A stretch of 64,000 nt of DNA from Neovahlkampfia damariscottae (Eukaryota), in NCBI GenBank assembly GCA_016618085.1, contig JABLTG010000029.1:1-64000 (forward strand), read 5' to 3'. A program made the translations under genes and the position numbers. Position 1 is the stretch's first letter. Each line of letters starts with the position of its first letter. The notes below the pieces were generated by a model that searched no databases, was not told the origin of the DNA, and saw nothing but the letters and a program-made list of their open reading frames with translations. Positions 28,450-43,400 of the stretch are shown one piece after another.

Positions 28450-31400
28450 TTATTCTTCTTCTTTCTTTTCTTCATCTTTTTCTTTCTTTTTAATTGTTGA
28501 TTTTTTGAATGATTTCTTTTTCAGAGCTTCAAGATCACCAGCAAGTTTTTTGTTCTTTCTTTCATAAATTGAATTCGATTTAACACTTGAAACTTCTGGT
28601 TTTTCTAAATTATTATCACCCCCAGTAGAAAAATCAAGATCTGTTTCTTTAATTTTTTGATGAGATTTTCTATTTTCATTTTTAGATCCCAAATCAACTT
28701 GTGTGCTTCTGTTTCCATAAATACTCTCCGTTCTTGGAATATCTCCAAATATTCCAGAAGAACTTTTTGTTTCATTATCAACAAGAGGATTTGTAGTTTC
28801 ATAAATAGATTTTCCTCTAATGGTTGAAGTTGAACTTTTTCTTTCTAAATTTTTTGAACCAACCAATTTCACAGTTGAACCTGTACCTCTGAATTCAGAT
28901 TGTCGATGAGATGCACGAAGATTTGATGTCGAAGTTCTACCATCACTCTCTAAAATAGTTTTCAATTTTTTTATACTCTTCGATTTGAAAGCAGCTTTCA
29001 CTTGATCCTCAAATTCTTTTACTTCTTCTTCACCAATTATGATTGGCTCTTTATCTACTTCATCAGAATGTTCATCTTCAAATCCATGTGCTTTAGTTTT
29101 TCTTCTTGAATAATTTCGATATTTTCTAACAATTTTCTTTCCTGTTTTCAAACCTTTCTTTTCAAATGAGAAAAGGTTTTTCTTCAATCTTTTCCAAGAG
29201 AGTAAATCACCAAAGATTTGATTCATATGACTATAACCATCTTCAGGTGATTCAGAATCAGTTCTAAAATTGAATGCATTGTATTCATATTCAACATCCC
29301 AAGGTACATCAAAATTACCAAACATATTTAAATGTTCTGTTAAACTATCTTTCATGAATGTCTTTTCATATCCATGAAAATCATAAAGAACTTGTAATCT
29401 TTGTTCATCTCTTTCTTTATCTTTAATTCGATATTTTTTTAATGCTCTTGCTTTTTGTTGATCATGTTTCTTTCTTGTTCTAGCATCCCATAAAATCATA
29501 CCAACAACAATAATTGTACTGAATAATAAAACAAAAAATGCAACATATTCAAGAAAATCTTTGACTCCTTGACTTGGAAATTTATCAACAAAAAATAATA
29601 ATCCAAAGAATAATGACATCATAGTGACAAGAATAACAAAATAATCCATAACATTATGAAATTTACGTTTGAATGGAATGAAATTTGTGTGTAATAAAAA
29701 GCCTAGATACATCAAAAATATACCACATATGATAACAAGCATTGGATCTAAAAAGATATATAATACTGATAAAACTGTTTTTCTTAATGTAATTACAGCT
29801 TCCCAAAAGTATAATCTTTTTTTAAATCTTGATAACATAAATTTGTTTCTTTCATTGAAATTAGTTGATTTACTCCAATCTTTAAATTTAAAATAAATAA
29901 GAGTGAAATAAACAAATGAACCACCACCAAATAATATATACCATAATATAGTTAATGGAAACATAAAGAACCAAACTCCTTGATAACAAAATATATTAGG
30001 TGAACTACTTAATGTATATAATCCATTTGGTTGTAATTTACAAACGAATACTTCAGATGCAGTGGTCATGATAAAAATGAAAGAAAATGATAAAAATGCA
30101 AATACAGCATTGATAATTCTATTAAATATCTTTCCCATTTCTCTATAACTTGATTGTTTAGTAAACCACCAAATGGTAAAATTTGCAACATTTCTAAGAA
30201 TAGATAATGTTGTTTTTTTAATGAATAAAAGTATTTTCATTAAAATTCCTTTTGCTTTACTCTTCTTTGGTTTATTTTCATCAATAGATTCTTCTTCATC
30301 TGAATCTGAATAAATTTCAGCTTTATGAAAATTTGGAGGAGGAAAATAAACAATTTCAAACCAAATTGAAAGAAATTTACCAGTTAATGATGCTAATACT
30401 GATCTTGTTAATAAAATAACATATAATGTTCCAAAACAAAAAAAGAATCCAATTGGCATCATCATTTGAAGAGTCCATAATGAAACATAATCCATATCAG
30501 GAAAAACACAATTTGGACTTAAGAAATCAGTATTAAAATTTGCAGTTGATGCTCCAGTTAATGATCCACTCAATAATGCAGGCCATTTAATATCAAATCT
30601 TGCAAACATTGAAATTACTTGCCAAAAACTAAAAGCAATTGCAATTGATGCAATATGATGAACTTTTGTCGAAGATAATAAAAAGAATATTCCAGTAACA
30701 ATTGCCATTGCAAATAAAATCAAAACTAATCTTAACCATGCTCCAGGTTCACATTGATTACAATTCTTTCTAAATCTATAATAGCCTTTATCACAAAATC
30801 CACATCTTGGTCCTGCATAACCAGTTGTACAATTTTCTGCACCAATACCTCCACATGAATCAAATGGTAAACAAGAATAATAAGTAACAAAATCAGATTT
30901 AGATCTCCAAAATCCAGGTTTAGCATATGGAACAGTCATATTATATTCAGGACAATATGATCCAGGTGGACATGAAATACATTTTTGATGTGAATTTGAT
31001 GTTTTGTCGTTATCATAATTTTTAAAATATCCAGGTTTACAAACACATTGCTCTGGAGATGTTGCTCCAATAATTCCATTGGTTGTAGTGTTATCTTGAC
31101 ATTTATCACATGATAAAGAACCAGCAAATGAACTATAAGTATCTACTTCACATTTAATACAATCAAATAATCCACCAATTGGTTTATAACTCCCTGGTGG
31201 ACATAAGAAACAAGATTGTTGATAATTTTCTGCTGTAGATCCAGATTCACATGTTGTAAAAGTAAATGTTTGATTTTCTAAAGTATGATAATCAACTTTG
31301 TTATAAGTAATTGATAAAGGAACACTTGAAGGTGGATGTTGTTGAGCTTCACAAATTACTAATTCAGAAGAGATCCATTGACAAGGTTTAGAACAGATAA

Positions 31401-34400
31401 TATTTCCAAATTTACAATTGATTTCTGTTTCAATAGGTTGTGAAATATTTCTTCCAAAAATTGAAACTGAATATCCTGCAGTTGAAGCTCCGCCAGCTGG
31501 AATACTTTGTGTCAATGTTGGAGGTGCTAATATAAGATTTAATAATTATTATTTCACTTACAATAGAAATTCAATTCTTTTGAAACATCATTCAGTTGAC
31601 CTTCTTTGTTTTTCAATCGAATTGATAATTTGTTCTTTTGAACACTTTGTGGAATGAAGCAAATAATCAAATTAGATTCAGTATCATATAATACTGGTGA
31701 TTGTTCAAAAACAAGATCATTTGTAATTCCATCATAAATTGAACAATTTTTGACTAATTCTAATTTTAATCCAAAAATAGTGATATTTCTATCTCCTATT
31801 GGTGATAATTTAGGATTGATTGATGTAAAAACAGGTTGAGGAACTTGAAAAAAATGTGAATAAAAATAATTCTTACATGCATCAAGATAATTGATAATTC
31901 CATAAACAAAATCATTTCCACCATTTAAAGATAAGCCAAATGGTGTTCTTAATGGATATCCTAATGCAAAATCAAATCCAATTAAAGAAATATTTGGAAA
32001 TTTAAATCTAATTTCAGTATTGGAAACAACTGTAACGTTTGAATAAGGTGTGAGATCAAATTTCTTTGAAAGGTCTAGAACAATTTTGATATCATTCGTG
32101 TCAATGAAATTACTTCCAAGAATCTTTCCATTTTCAGTATCAGCAAAACTTAAAAAGTTGTTTTCAATTCCATCAAGATTTATGATATCACTGATAACAT
32201 AATTTTTAATTTTACGAACAAAATTAACTTTTTGATAATTCAATTTGTTGAAACTGAATTCGACATCCATATCTATTGCTTCAATAGAATTACTGTCAAA
32301 TGGAACAGTTACTGTCAATTCATTGTCTTTCATAATTCCTTCAACAATCAAAATACTTTTTTGAGTTGCAAAAAGTGAACTTCCAGAATAAAAAGTAAAT
32401 CTAAAACTACCACTTTGAATTAATGTATTGTTCCAATTTCCTTTGATTGAAATTGGACTTGCTTTGTTTAATATTAAAATTTCTGGTTGTATTTTGGATA
32501 TCAAAACTTGAATTCCATGTATTTTTGCTGATTGAAGATACAAAATAGATTCATCTCCTTTAATACTTGTTAATAACATTTTCAATTTATATTCTCCTTC
32601 TTCCAAAAGACCTTTTGTCAAATTACAAACAAATTCAATTGAAATCATTGAACATTTCAATTCTACTGAATATGAAGAATTAAATTCAAGAAAATGTTGA
32701 ACATTTGAATTTGATGTATTATAATATAAATTCATTGGATAATTCTTCAAAAGAATACCATTTGTAGTTTCATTTAATATTATTAAATTTGGTGAAAATT
32801 CAATTTTATCTGATTTTTCAATTGTTATCTTTTTTGAATTTGAAGTATATGTTAATCCACCATCAAATGAAATTGAAATTGATAAATCACGTGGAAATAC
32901 AATATTCATATCATATAGCGGTCCAATAAATCCTTTGATTGTATTTGAATTAATAAATTGTCCTTTTGAAACTCTTTCAATAAAACCATCAAATATTTTA
33001 ATTGTAATATTATTTGCATTAAAAAAGTTAGATCCAAAAATATCAATTGATGTTTGACTTGATTGTGATATTTTTGATGGTGTAAAATTATCAAAAGTAA
33101 TTGGATTTGAATCAAATACATCAATTTTTAAATTTGTATTTTGATAAATAATACCTCCTTGTGAAATTTGAACTGTTAAATTTCCAATTTCGGAAAATTG
33201 AGGACATTTACAAATCAAGACATTTGTACCAAATGTTGAACAATCTTCTTGTTTCATTTCAGAATTCATTAAATATTTAATTTTAAATTTTCCAAAACTT
33301 TCTATAAAATTTGAAGTAGTGATATAAAAATATCCATTTGGTTTTTTTGATATTGAAATTGATGGTGAAATATGTGTAATTGTAATTCCTTTATAAAATA
33401 TAAAATATGGTGATAAATTAATTGATCTAACATCATTAATAAAGATATCTAATCTTAATTTTTTAAATAACTTTGGTAATTGTAAATTCAGTGGATCAAT
33501 TGAACAATTTAATATTGAAGAATTTAAATTACAATTTCCAATCAATTTATAATTCCCATCAATCTTTGTTTGAACTGTAATATTATATCCATTAAAATTA
33601 ACTTTTGGTTGTTTAAATGGAATGAATATTTCATAATTTCCAGAATCTGGTCCAATATTTGGTGAAAAACTTGGTGTTGAAACTCCAAATATTGTATTTC
33701 CGAATGGTGTTAATAATGCATCTCCGAATTCAGATTGAAAATATAATTGAATATCATAGTTAGCATTTACATTTGAGAAGGTATTAAATGGAAATGAGAA
33801 ATGACTATTTTTTTTTAATCCATTTTCAACTTCATTATTTGAAATATCAAAAAGTGGTTGAATTGTATTAGTAATTCCATTACTTGAAATATTAATAAAT
33901 ATAGAAAATTGATTTCTATTTAATTGAACATCAACATTTGAAATAACACGAACAGGATTATATAATCTTTCAAAATGTGAAACTAAAAATGGTTTGATAT
34001 GTTGAATTGATAAATCTCTATAATAAATTAAATAATCAATGGAAACAAATTCAGATAGTTTTGTATAATTATGAGAAATATGAAAAGTGAAATTTAATTT
34101 CAAAGGAACATAATCTAAATGATCTAAATATGAAATTGGAAAACTACAATTTGGATTGAATCCAAACTGATAATCACAATTTACAGATGTTATTGATGAT
34201 CCATTTATATTTCCAATCATTTTTACTTCATAATTAATTCTACCATTTGGAATGAAATAATCAATAATCATGAATGAATCTTTCAAATTTACCAAACGTT
34301 TAGTTTTCCAATGTAATAAATCTGGAATGATTAAATATGTTTCATTATTTGAACTTAAAATGAATTGATTTGATAATGAAGGTGTCATCCACAATTGAAC

Positions 34401-37400
34401 ATCATAATATTGAACTTGTTTGTTAGAGATAGTTTCAATTAAAGGACAATAAACTTCTTTTAAATTTGAATTGAAAACATAATTCAATTTTGAAAATGAA
34501 ATTACTCCATTCTTTGTAAATCGACAATAAACTGTTTCTGAAGTTAATAAATCTGATTTAAGTTCAAAGGTTAAATTTTTTGAAATTGATTTTGGTGTTG
34601 ATGATAAAATTAACACATGTGGTTTCACTGAAAGTATTTCAATTGGATTCAAGAAATAAAATGGAATTGAATTATCAGATAATGATAACTCTAATTCTTT
34701 CCCTTTTGAAACAATATTCAATGATACATTTGTAATGAATTGATTTGTAAATACTTTGTTCATGGTACATTCAAATTGATTGGATGAAATTTTAGTTGCG
34801 ATAAATTTGTTTGATTGATAAACACATTGATAATTTGAATCATAATCAAATATGGATGATGTATTTAATTGAACTTTAATCGAATTTTGTAATGTTGCAA
34901 ATGGTGATATTTTTTCAATTAAAATTGGTTCAACAAATACAATTCTAATTTTGTCACTTGATAATAATACTTGACCATTATGAGCATCAATATTTTCGTA
35001 TACCATTGTAATATCTTGATTACTTGATACACTTGAATTTAATGAACAAATAAATTGTGAACTTCCAAATCTAATAGTTGGAAGAATAATATTATCCAAT
35101 TTACATTTAATGGATTCTTTTTGAACATCATTCAAATATAATTTATCAATTTGAGATATTTCAATTGTAACATTATTTTGAGTATTAATATAGAAAATAT
35201 CTTTATCACTTTTCAAAACGATTGATGAAACTCCTGAGTAAGTAATATTCACAATTTGTGAAATTCTAAACATTGATCGAAATTCAAAACTTTGTGAATT
35301 GAAATATGCTAAATACATTTTATAAATACCATTTACAAATGAATCAACAGAAGTAATAGCGTTTTGAGATGATGTTGTGAAATTTCCAAGATCAATTCTT
35401 GTGTCAAGTAATGTAAATTCAGCAAGAACTAATTTTAAACTTCCTTCTTGTAAAATAGTATCTTTATCAAATGTAATGTTAAGTGAATAACTTCCAGTTG
35501 TTGCTGAAATTACTTTTGGATTAAATTGTGCAATATTTCTTGGTTCTTTAATGAATGTTAAAATCTATGAATTAAAATACCATATAAAATATAAGGTGTT
35601 GAAATATTTTCATTATTTGTTAATTTTAATAATTTTGATGAAAATGGAAGAATGTCATTATTTAAAATCTTTGGTGTAATACAAACTAAAGATGATGTTC
35701 CATTTTTGGTACAATTAAAATCATATTTACTAAATAGAGAAACATCTCTGAATTTAGCATTAAATGAACCAGGATTAGAATAATCATAAATAATTAATTC
35801 TTTTCCACCATCAGATGTTCCAAATGAAGGTACCATAATATGTCCATCAACAATTTTGAAATTTTCACTTTTTGGAATGATTGTTTTCAAAATATTTTTT
35901 GCTTTCAACCATAAATTGAGGAATGCTTCTCCTGTAGTCGGAAAGAGAACAGTACATTCAAATTTACCATTAATTGCTGAATTGGCTATAACAAATTCAC
36001 CATTTGATCCATATCCAAATTCACAATAAAATTCAGAATCACTTCCATAATTAATTTCAGTTGAAAATAATGTTGAAATGGTTATCGTTTTGGTTTTGTT
36101 GTTATTCAATGCAGTAGGTGAAATTCCATTTACAGCTTCTTTTGTTGCAAATACTAATTCTAATTGATTTTTTGAAATTTGAAATTCATCATTTCCGTCT
36201 TTAAACCAAAGTGAAATATTTTTTGCACCAGGAGATTCACTGGTGAAATTACAAATAATGAAATGTAAATTTCCAACAGAATTTGAAAAATAAGTTAAAT
36301 GATTAAATGTAGATCCTGACATTCTACAAAAAATATTGTTCTTCAAATTTTGAGGTAAAAAAATATCAATACTGACATTAACCGGTAAATAACTTGAAGT
36401 ATATTCAAAACGAGTTTGATTGATTGAACCAAAAGAAATATCATTTTGACCTATGAAAAATGATTAAAATTTTTGTCTTCTTACTTAAATAAGTTAAAGG
36501 AATTGAATTTTGTGTTAAAATAATATCATTTGATGAATAACTTGGAACTGATAAAACCACTTCAATATTTGCAATAGTTGAATTATGGTCAATATATGGA
36601 ATAAAACAATTCACTTGAGTTCTTGAAATCAATATTCCAATCCATCTATGTGATGAATTATCTCTACAATAAATTTCAGATTCAATTGATAAATCTCTAT
36701 TGAATGTATTTTTATCAACTGTAACAGTCAAATTAACATTTGAATCTGTCAATGCTGCTGTTGGTGACATTGATAACATTGTATTATTTTCTTCGAATTT
36801 AAAAATATAAAAACTTACTATAAATCAATAATCCAGATGATATTTTGGTTAATTCAATATTATTTTGGAATAAATTGAAATATAAGAAATAAATATCATT
36901 GGTTGTATTTTCATTGGTAATTTTTTTTTGACAATGAATATTTGAGTTTACAATTGAACATGGATATTTAATTAAACTATCAATACTCACTAATTCAAAT
37001 GAATTTCCTAGATGTTCATTTGGAATAGAAATAGTTGAATTTGTATGATTACGAGTAATAATTATGCTATCCATTGAATTAATATCAAATGAATTTGGTG
37101 AATAAACAATTTTAGAAAATTCAATTCTTGAATCTTTTTTTGAAATGATACCATCAAGTCCAATTGAATTTGTATTATTAATCCAAAATGAAATATCATA
37201 AAAATCAAAATAAATATTTGAATGAATTGTACATTTAAATTGTGAATTAGATATTAATTCTGCTTTAATTTTTGTTATTCCATGTTGACAATAAAATTCA
37301 TTTGAAGGATTTAATGATTTACTTGAATTAAATAAAATTGAAATTGGATTGAAAGTATAACTTTGTAAATCAATTAAATATGGATATTCTTGATCAATTG

Positions 37401-40400
37401 TAATATTTTCTTTATGATAAACTGTATCAATTGAAATCGAAATTGAATCTGAATTATATTGTGAATAAACTTTTAAAATTGAATTTATTTTAACAGGAAC
37501 ATGAGTAAAATTAAAATATGGAAGTTTACATTTTGGAATATTTGTTTCATAAATACAATCTAAAATAATTTCATTATTGAATTCTGGATTCATAATCACA
37601 GAATAATTTTGAAAACTAACTTTTTCATTAAAACGTAAATCATCAAAATTTAATGTAAAATTCATCAAATAATTGATTGGTAAAATAGTTTTTGATAATC
37701 CACTAATGGTAATAGGTTCTTTTAAAAAGACATATGTTAAATTATTTTTGTTAATGTGAATCTTATTATTTGAATCATTCAAATATAATCCAACATGAAT
37801 TAATTCTGTATTCATTGAAAGATTATCAATTGATAAGTTACATTCAATTGAATTAATTGTTTTCTTTGTTGATTTTGATGTAATTTCTAATCCTTTAAAA
37901 ACAAATTGACAATAAACATCAATGTCAGATAAAATAGTTTCATTTGATTGAATTCTAATGATTTTAGATTGAGATTTTGTTGTTTCGTTGAATTTATCAA
38001 TAAATGGATAAACATCTTGTAACGGAATCATATCCCAAAAATAAAATGTTGAAGAATTTGAAATTAATAATTTTTCTTTTGTAATTTTATAAATTGCATA
38101 AATTGAAAGATCTAATGATTGTGTAACATTTGATTTAATGAATGAATAAAATTGATTTGAATTTCTTATTGACGAATATCTTGAGAATCCATCAGATATT
38201 TCAAAATCTAAAAGATTAAAATTATTAATTTCGATATTTGTATTTAAAGTAATATTTTTAGTTCCAATTAATGATAATGATGGATTTATCGTATTGATCA
38301 TTAATGATGGAATAGATCTGAAAGAAATTTGATTTGTTGATAAACTCAAAGCAGTATTACTAAATTTTGATAAAGTATAATTCAAATTCTTTTGATTTCC
38401 TGTTATTGTTGGATTATTTGAATTTTGAAATTCATTTCCATAATAAATTGAATATTTTTGATAAAATGAACTTTGAATATTCTCAATAACTTTAAATGAA
38501 ATGGATGTTGTTGGTTGATTACAATTTTGAATTTGACGTGAAATAGATTGATTATTGAATGTTACAATAATATCACTACAATCATGTTTCATCAATGATT
38601 TTGAAATTAAACTTTTCGTGTCCATTGAAATAGTAACAACATCATTTTGGTTCAAAGAATTTTGTTGCATTTGAATTAAAATTTGATCAGAAAAGATACT
38701 TGTGATATTTGGAATTTTAAATTGATTTGGATATAAAAACTTCAATCCAATTGAATAAATATTATCAAGAGGAACATTAATTTTACATCCAATAACATTT
38801 GGAAGATTAACATTTGTTTCAAAATCACTTCCATTTGCAGAACAAATAATACGTGATTGATGATAAATTGGAATTGAATTCAATGGAATATCAATAATTA
38901 CATTATTATCTGTTGATGTCAATCCAATTTGTGAAGATCCTGAATTATAACTGATTGATGTTTTTGAGAAATACATTAATTTAATAACATTGGATGATAA
39001 TGAAAATGTTTGATTTCCAGAATACCAAATGGTTAGTGGCTCTTCAATTCCGTTCACTGTTAATTCACATTGAATATGTTTAGAATCAATCACTGTTGCT
39101 TTTGTTGTTTTATTTCCCAATCTACATTCTAAATAGTCCATTAAAAGTGGTTCAATTGCTAAATCCGTCGCCAGTGTATAAAGTTGAGTTTTGTTCAATA
39201 TAACTTGATTGAATAATGGAAATATTTCACGAGTTTGAATGGTAATTTCACAATTACTTCCAAAACTTCTTAAATTACATTGACAAGTATCAATGGTTAC
39301 ACATGTACCACTTGATGAACATACACTTCCAAATTTTGAATTAATTCCAAAGCACTCATAATTTTGACAATTATCACCACTTGAACCTGTTCGACAACTG
39401 CAATTATTTGGTGCAATACAATCACCTCTTGTTGAACAAACGTTTGAATCAATTGAAATATAACCATAACATTTGTTGTATTCACAATTATTTCCACCAT
39501 AATAAGAGTCACATGAACAATAATTGTAATTTACACAAATTCCTCTTCCCAAACAAATTGATGTATTCGAAGGTAAAACTCCTTGACAAGTGAAATTAGA
39601 TTGCAAAAGAATTGTATGTTTGAATCCTGCTCCTATATCCATGATGGGATAAATATCATGCAAATGGATTGAATTTCCTGTTGCAATTTGACCTTGATCA
39701 TTTGCACCAAAGGTCCAAATTCTACCAGTCGTCGTGAGAATGACTGTATGAGTTGTTCCAGTTGCAATTTTATGAATTCTATCTGTGAATGAAATCTCAA
39801 CAGGTGTATCTTTTTGATTGTTGTCTCCATTAATCCCAAGTTGAAATTCATTATTCCTTCCCCATCCATACAGTTTATGATCAAAAGTGACTGCAAAAGA
39901 AAATTTGGCTGCAGAAAAAACTCTTTCAAATGATACTCCAGTTACAGTGATAGTTTGTGGTGAATTCTGATTGTTTACATTTCCCAATCCTAAATTTTAA
40001 TTTAGTCAAATCTTACCAAGTTGTTTCTCGTCGTTTCTTCCAAATGAATACAATGAACCATCACTTTTCACATAAAGTACGTGTGCAGATCCACATGCAA
40101 TGTCAACAATTGAATTTTCATTCACAAGCTGAGGAACATTTTGATCATTGTAATTTCCAGTTCCCAGTCTTCCAGAATTTCCTTTTCCAAAAGTGTATAT
40201 TACACCACTTTCTTTTAAAACTACTGCCGAATCATATCCAGCACAAATCTTAACTATGTTATTATTTTCCAATATTGGTTGAAATGAAGAATAAGGGCTA
40301 TCATTATTTCCGATTCCCATTTGTCCTTCATCATTTCTCCCAATGGAATGAACTGTTTTATCTCTTTTTAAAATATAAGTTGTTTCATCTCCATTCGCAA

Positions 40401-43400
40401 TTTGTTGAATATCAATGCTATTAATATCAGTGAGAGCTGTAGGAACATTTCTATTTGAAGAAGAATCCCAGTAATTTATTTGATGGAACTATTTGATTAA
40501 AAAAATCATAGCTTACATTGTTTTCTCCCATTCCAAATAGATTTGAATAATTTTTGGTTAAAAATGATGTACGAGATCCTGCAGATACTTTTACAACAAA
40601 ATAATTTTCTAAAGGTAATTTTTTGAATGAAGTTGCACGAGAATTTGAACCATCTCCAAGTTGTCCTTCATTATTTCTGCCAGTTACATAAACAACTGTT
40701 TGTGAATCAATTGAATATTCCATTTCACATTTATTTCCAGAAAATCCAGAATTACAAGAACAAACATTAACATCAGTACAATTTCCATTTCCAGAACAAA
40801 CAGTTGTATCAGATGAATTTTTACCAAAACAATTTGTGTACTGACATTCAAAACCAAAATATCCTTCTCCACAAGAACAAGTATTTTGATAAATACAAAT
40901 TCCGTTTCCTGAACAAACATTTGAATCAGAAGCTGATTTAGAATAACAAATATAATTTGCTTGTAAAATTAATGAACTCTTTTCACTCGCTGAAATTGCA
41001 ATAATATTTCTTTTAGAAAGTATTTGTGGTGTTTTTTGTTGAGTATTACTTCCAATACCTAATTGACCAGCATCATTTCTTCCAAAACTATATGCAACAC
41101 CATTTGATTTTAAAATCAATGAATGAGTAGATTTGCTTGAAACATCAATAATTTTTGAATTTTCAATTGCAATTGGAACTGGAAAAACACGATTAACTTC
41201 AGTGCCATCACCTAATTGTCCAAAATTATTCCTTCCAAATCCAAATACTTGTCCAAATTTATTCATCATTAATACATGTTCGTCTCCTGTTGAGATTTTA
41301 ATAATATCATGATTGTTAATTCCTCCAACAACAACTGGTGAGTATTGATCTATTGTTGATCCTATTCCAAGTTGACCAAACTTTATAAAAAAATTAGTTA
41401 ATTAATATAAATACATTGTTCTGACCAAAGGTATAAACTTTTCCTGTATTTTCTAAAGCAACTGAAAAAAAACCTCCCACTGCGATATCTACAATATTAG
41501 AAAGTGGAACAAGAGCTGGTGTGAGTATTTCATCTCTATTTCCAAGACCAAGTCTTCCATAATTCGCATAACCAACAGAATAAACCTTTCCGTCTGATAG
41601 TGCCAAAGTGTGGTGATAATTTGCTGCAACTCTTGTAAATTTTGTATTATCTGGAACTTTGAATGCAGTTGGAATTTGTCTATCAATTCTTGTTCCATCT
41701 CCAAGCATACCATATGTATTTAACCCCACACCATAAGCAGATCCATTTCGAATGAACATTGTATATCGAATTCCTGCAGAAACATAAGAAATATCTGCTT
41801 TTTGAGGTTGAACATCAGAAAATTTCTTGTGATATGTTTCTGAATCATCAAACATTTGACCATTAGTGTTTAAACCGGCACTATATAATCTTGAATGATT
41901 GCTCATAACATAATTTGTTCCAGTATATCCACCAAATAATTTTTGAATTCCAAAAATGTTGTTGGTTGCATTAATAAAATTATTTTGAGGTGTATTTGTT
42001 CCATCTCCAAGTTGAAAATTTGAATTTTGTCCACAAGTCCAAAGAGTATGAAGAATACCATTATTTGAAAATTCACATTCTTTTCCATCAGATGGACTAT
42101 TGCAAGTGCATACATCAACATCAGTACAATTTCCATTTCCACTACATACTGTTAAATCATTGGACAACTTTCCAAAACAATTTGTAATTTCACAATTATT
42201 TCCAGAAAAACCAGTTTTACAAGAACATTTATCATTTCCAATGCACATACCTCTCCCTGAACATAATGATTGATCATCTTTTGTTTTTCCAAAACAATTG
42301 AAATTTGAAACTATTACCCATGTTGCTTGATAAAACGATGAAAGTTGAATTATATTTTTCAAAGGAACAGGAACACTAATGAATGACAGATAATCATTGC
42401 TTCCGATACCAAGTTGTCCTTGATCATTGTTACCAAATCCATAGGCAATACCATCTTTTTTTAATATCATTGAATGATGCCATCCAGCAGAAACTGAAGA
42501 AACTTGTGTACCCTTGGTAATTTGAGAAGGAAAAGCTTCATTTTCCAATGGTCTACCTAATTGTCCATTATCATTTAAACCAAAAGAATAAGCAACACCA
42601 TCATTGTCCAAAGCAAGAGAATGAAGTCTACCGGCAGAAATTTGAATGATATTTTTGATATAAAGTGCCTTGGTCGGGACATGTCTTTCAGTGGTTGTTC
42701 CATCACCAAGTTGTCCATGCTTTAAAATTTAATAAACTTAAACATAAAATCTTACTTGATTAAAACCAAAACAATAAATGTCTCCTTTACTGTCCAATAT
42801 CATTGAATGATCAGCACCTGCAGAAATTTGAGTAATATCTTGAAAGTTTGATATTGTTTGTAATGTTGTTATTGGTGTGGTCGAATGACCTAATCCTAAT
42901 CTTCCATTTTCATTTCTTCCACATGTTTCAACTGTTCCATTTTTCAAAACCATGGTATGTTCCCAATATGCACTTACCTGTTTTGCAAGACCAGAGCCAT
43001 CAATTAGAACTGGTGAGTAAACACGATTATTTCCAGAGATTCCTTGACATAATTGACCAACCTAAAAATACGTTACTTTCATCAAAATTTACATTGTTGA
43101 TCCCCAAAGAGTAAACTTTTTTGTCTTTTGACATGAAAACCAAGTATTGATTTGCTGGTGCAACAGAATGCAAAACATCAAATGATTTTGAATTAAAAAG
43201 AGCTCTTCCAGGAGTATTTCTATCAACAAGCGGTGAAATTAACAATTCTCCATTCTAAAATTAACTTTAATTTTTGGTTCACTTACATTATTATTTCCAG
43301 AGGAGAAAAATGCTGATGCATTGTTTTTCATGTAAAATGATTGAAAACCTCCAAAGATTTTTTCAATTCCATAATTGAATGAAGTCACTTTAACTGGTGA

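Noticed and set aside
25330..30740. Calling the giant proteins canonical 7TM or adhesion GPCRs
   Set aside because: About nine hydrophobic helices are visible and no GPS/GAIN or DRY/NPxxY motif was seen. G-protein coupling remains a hypothesis.
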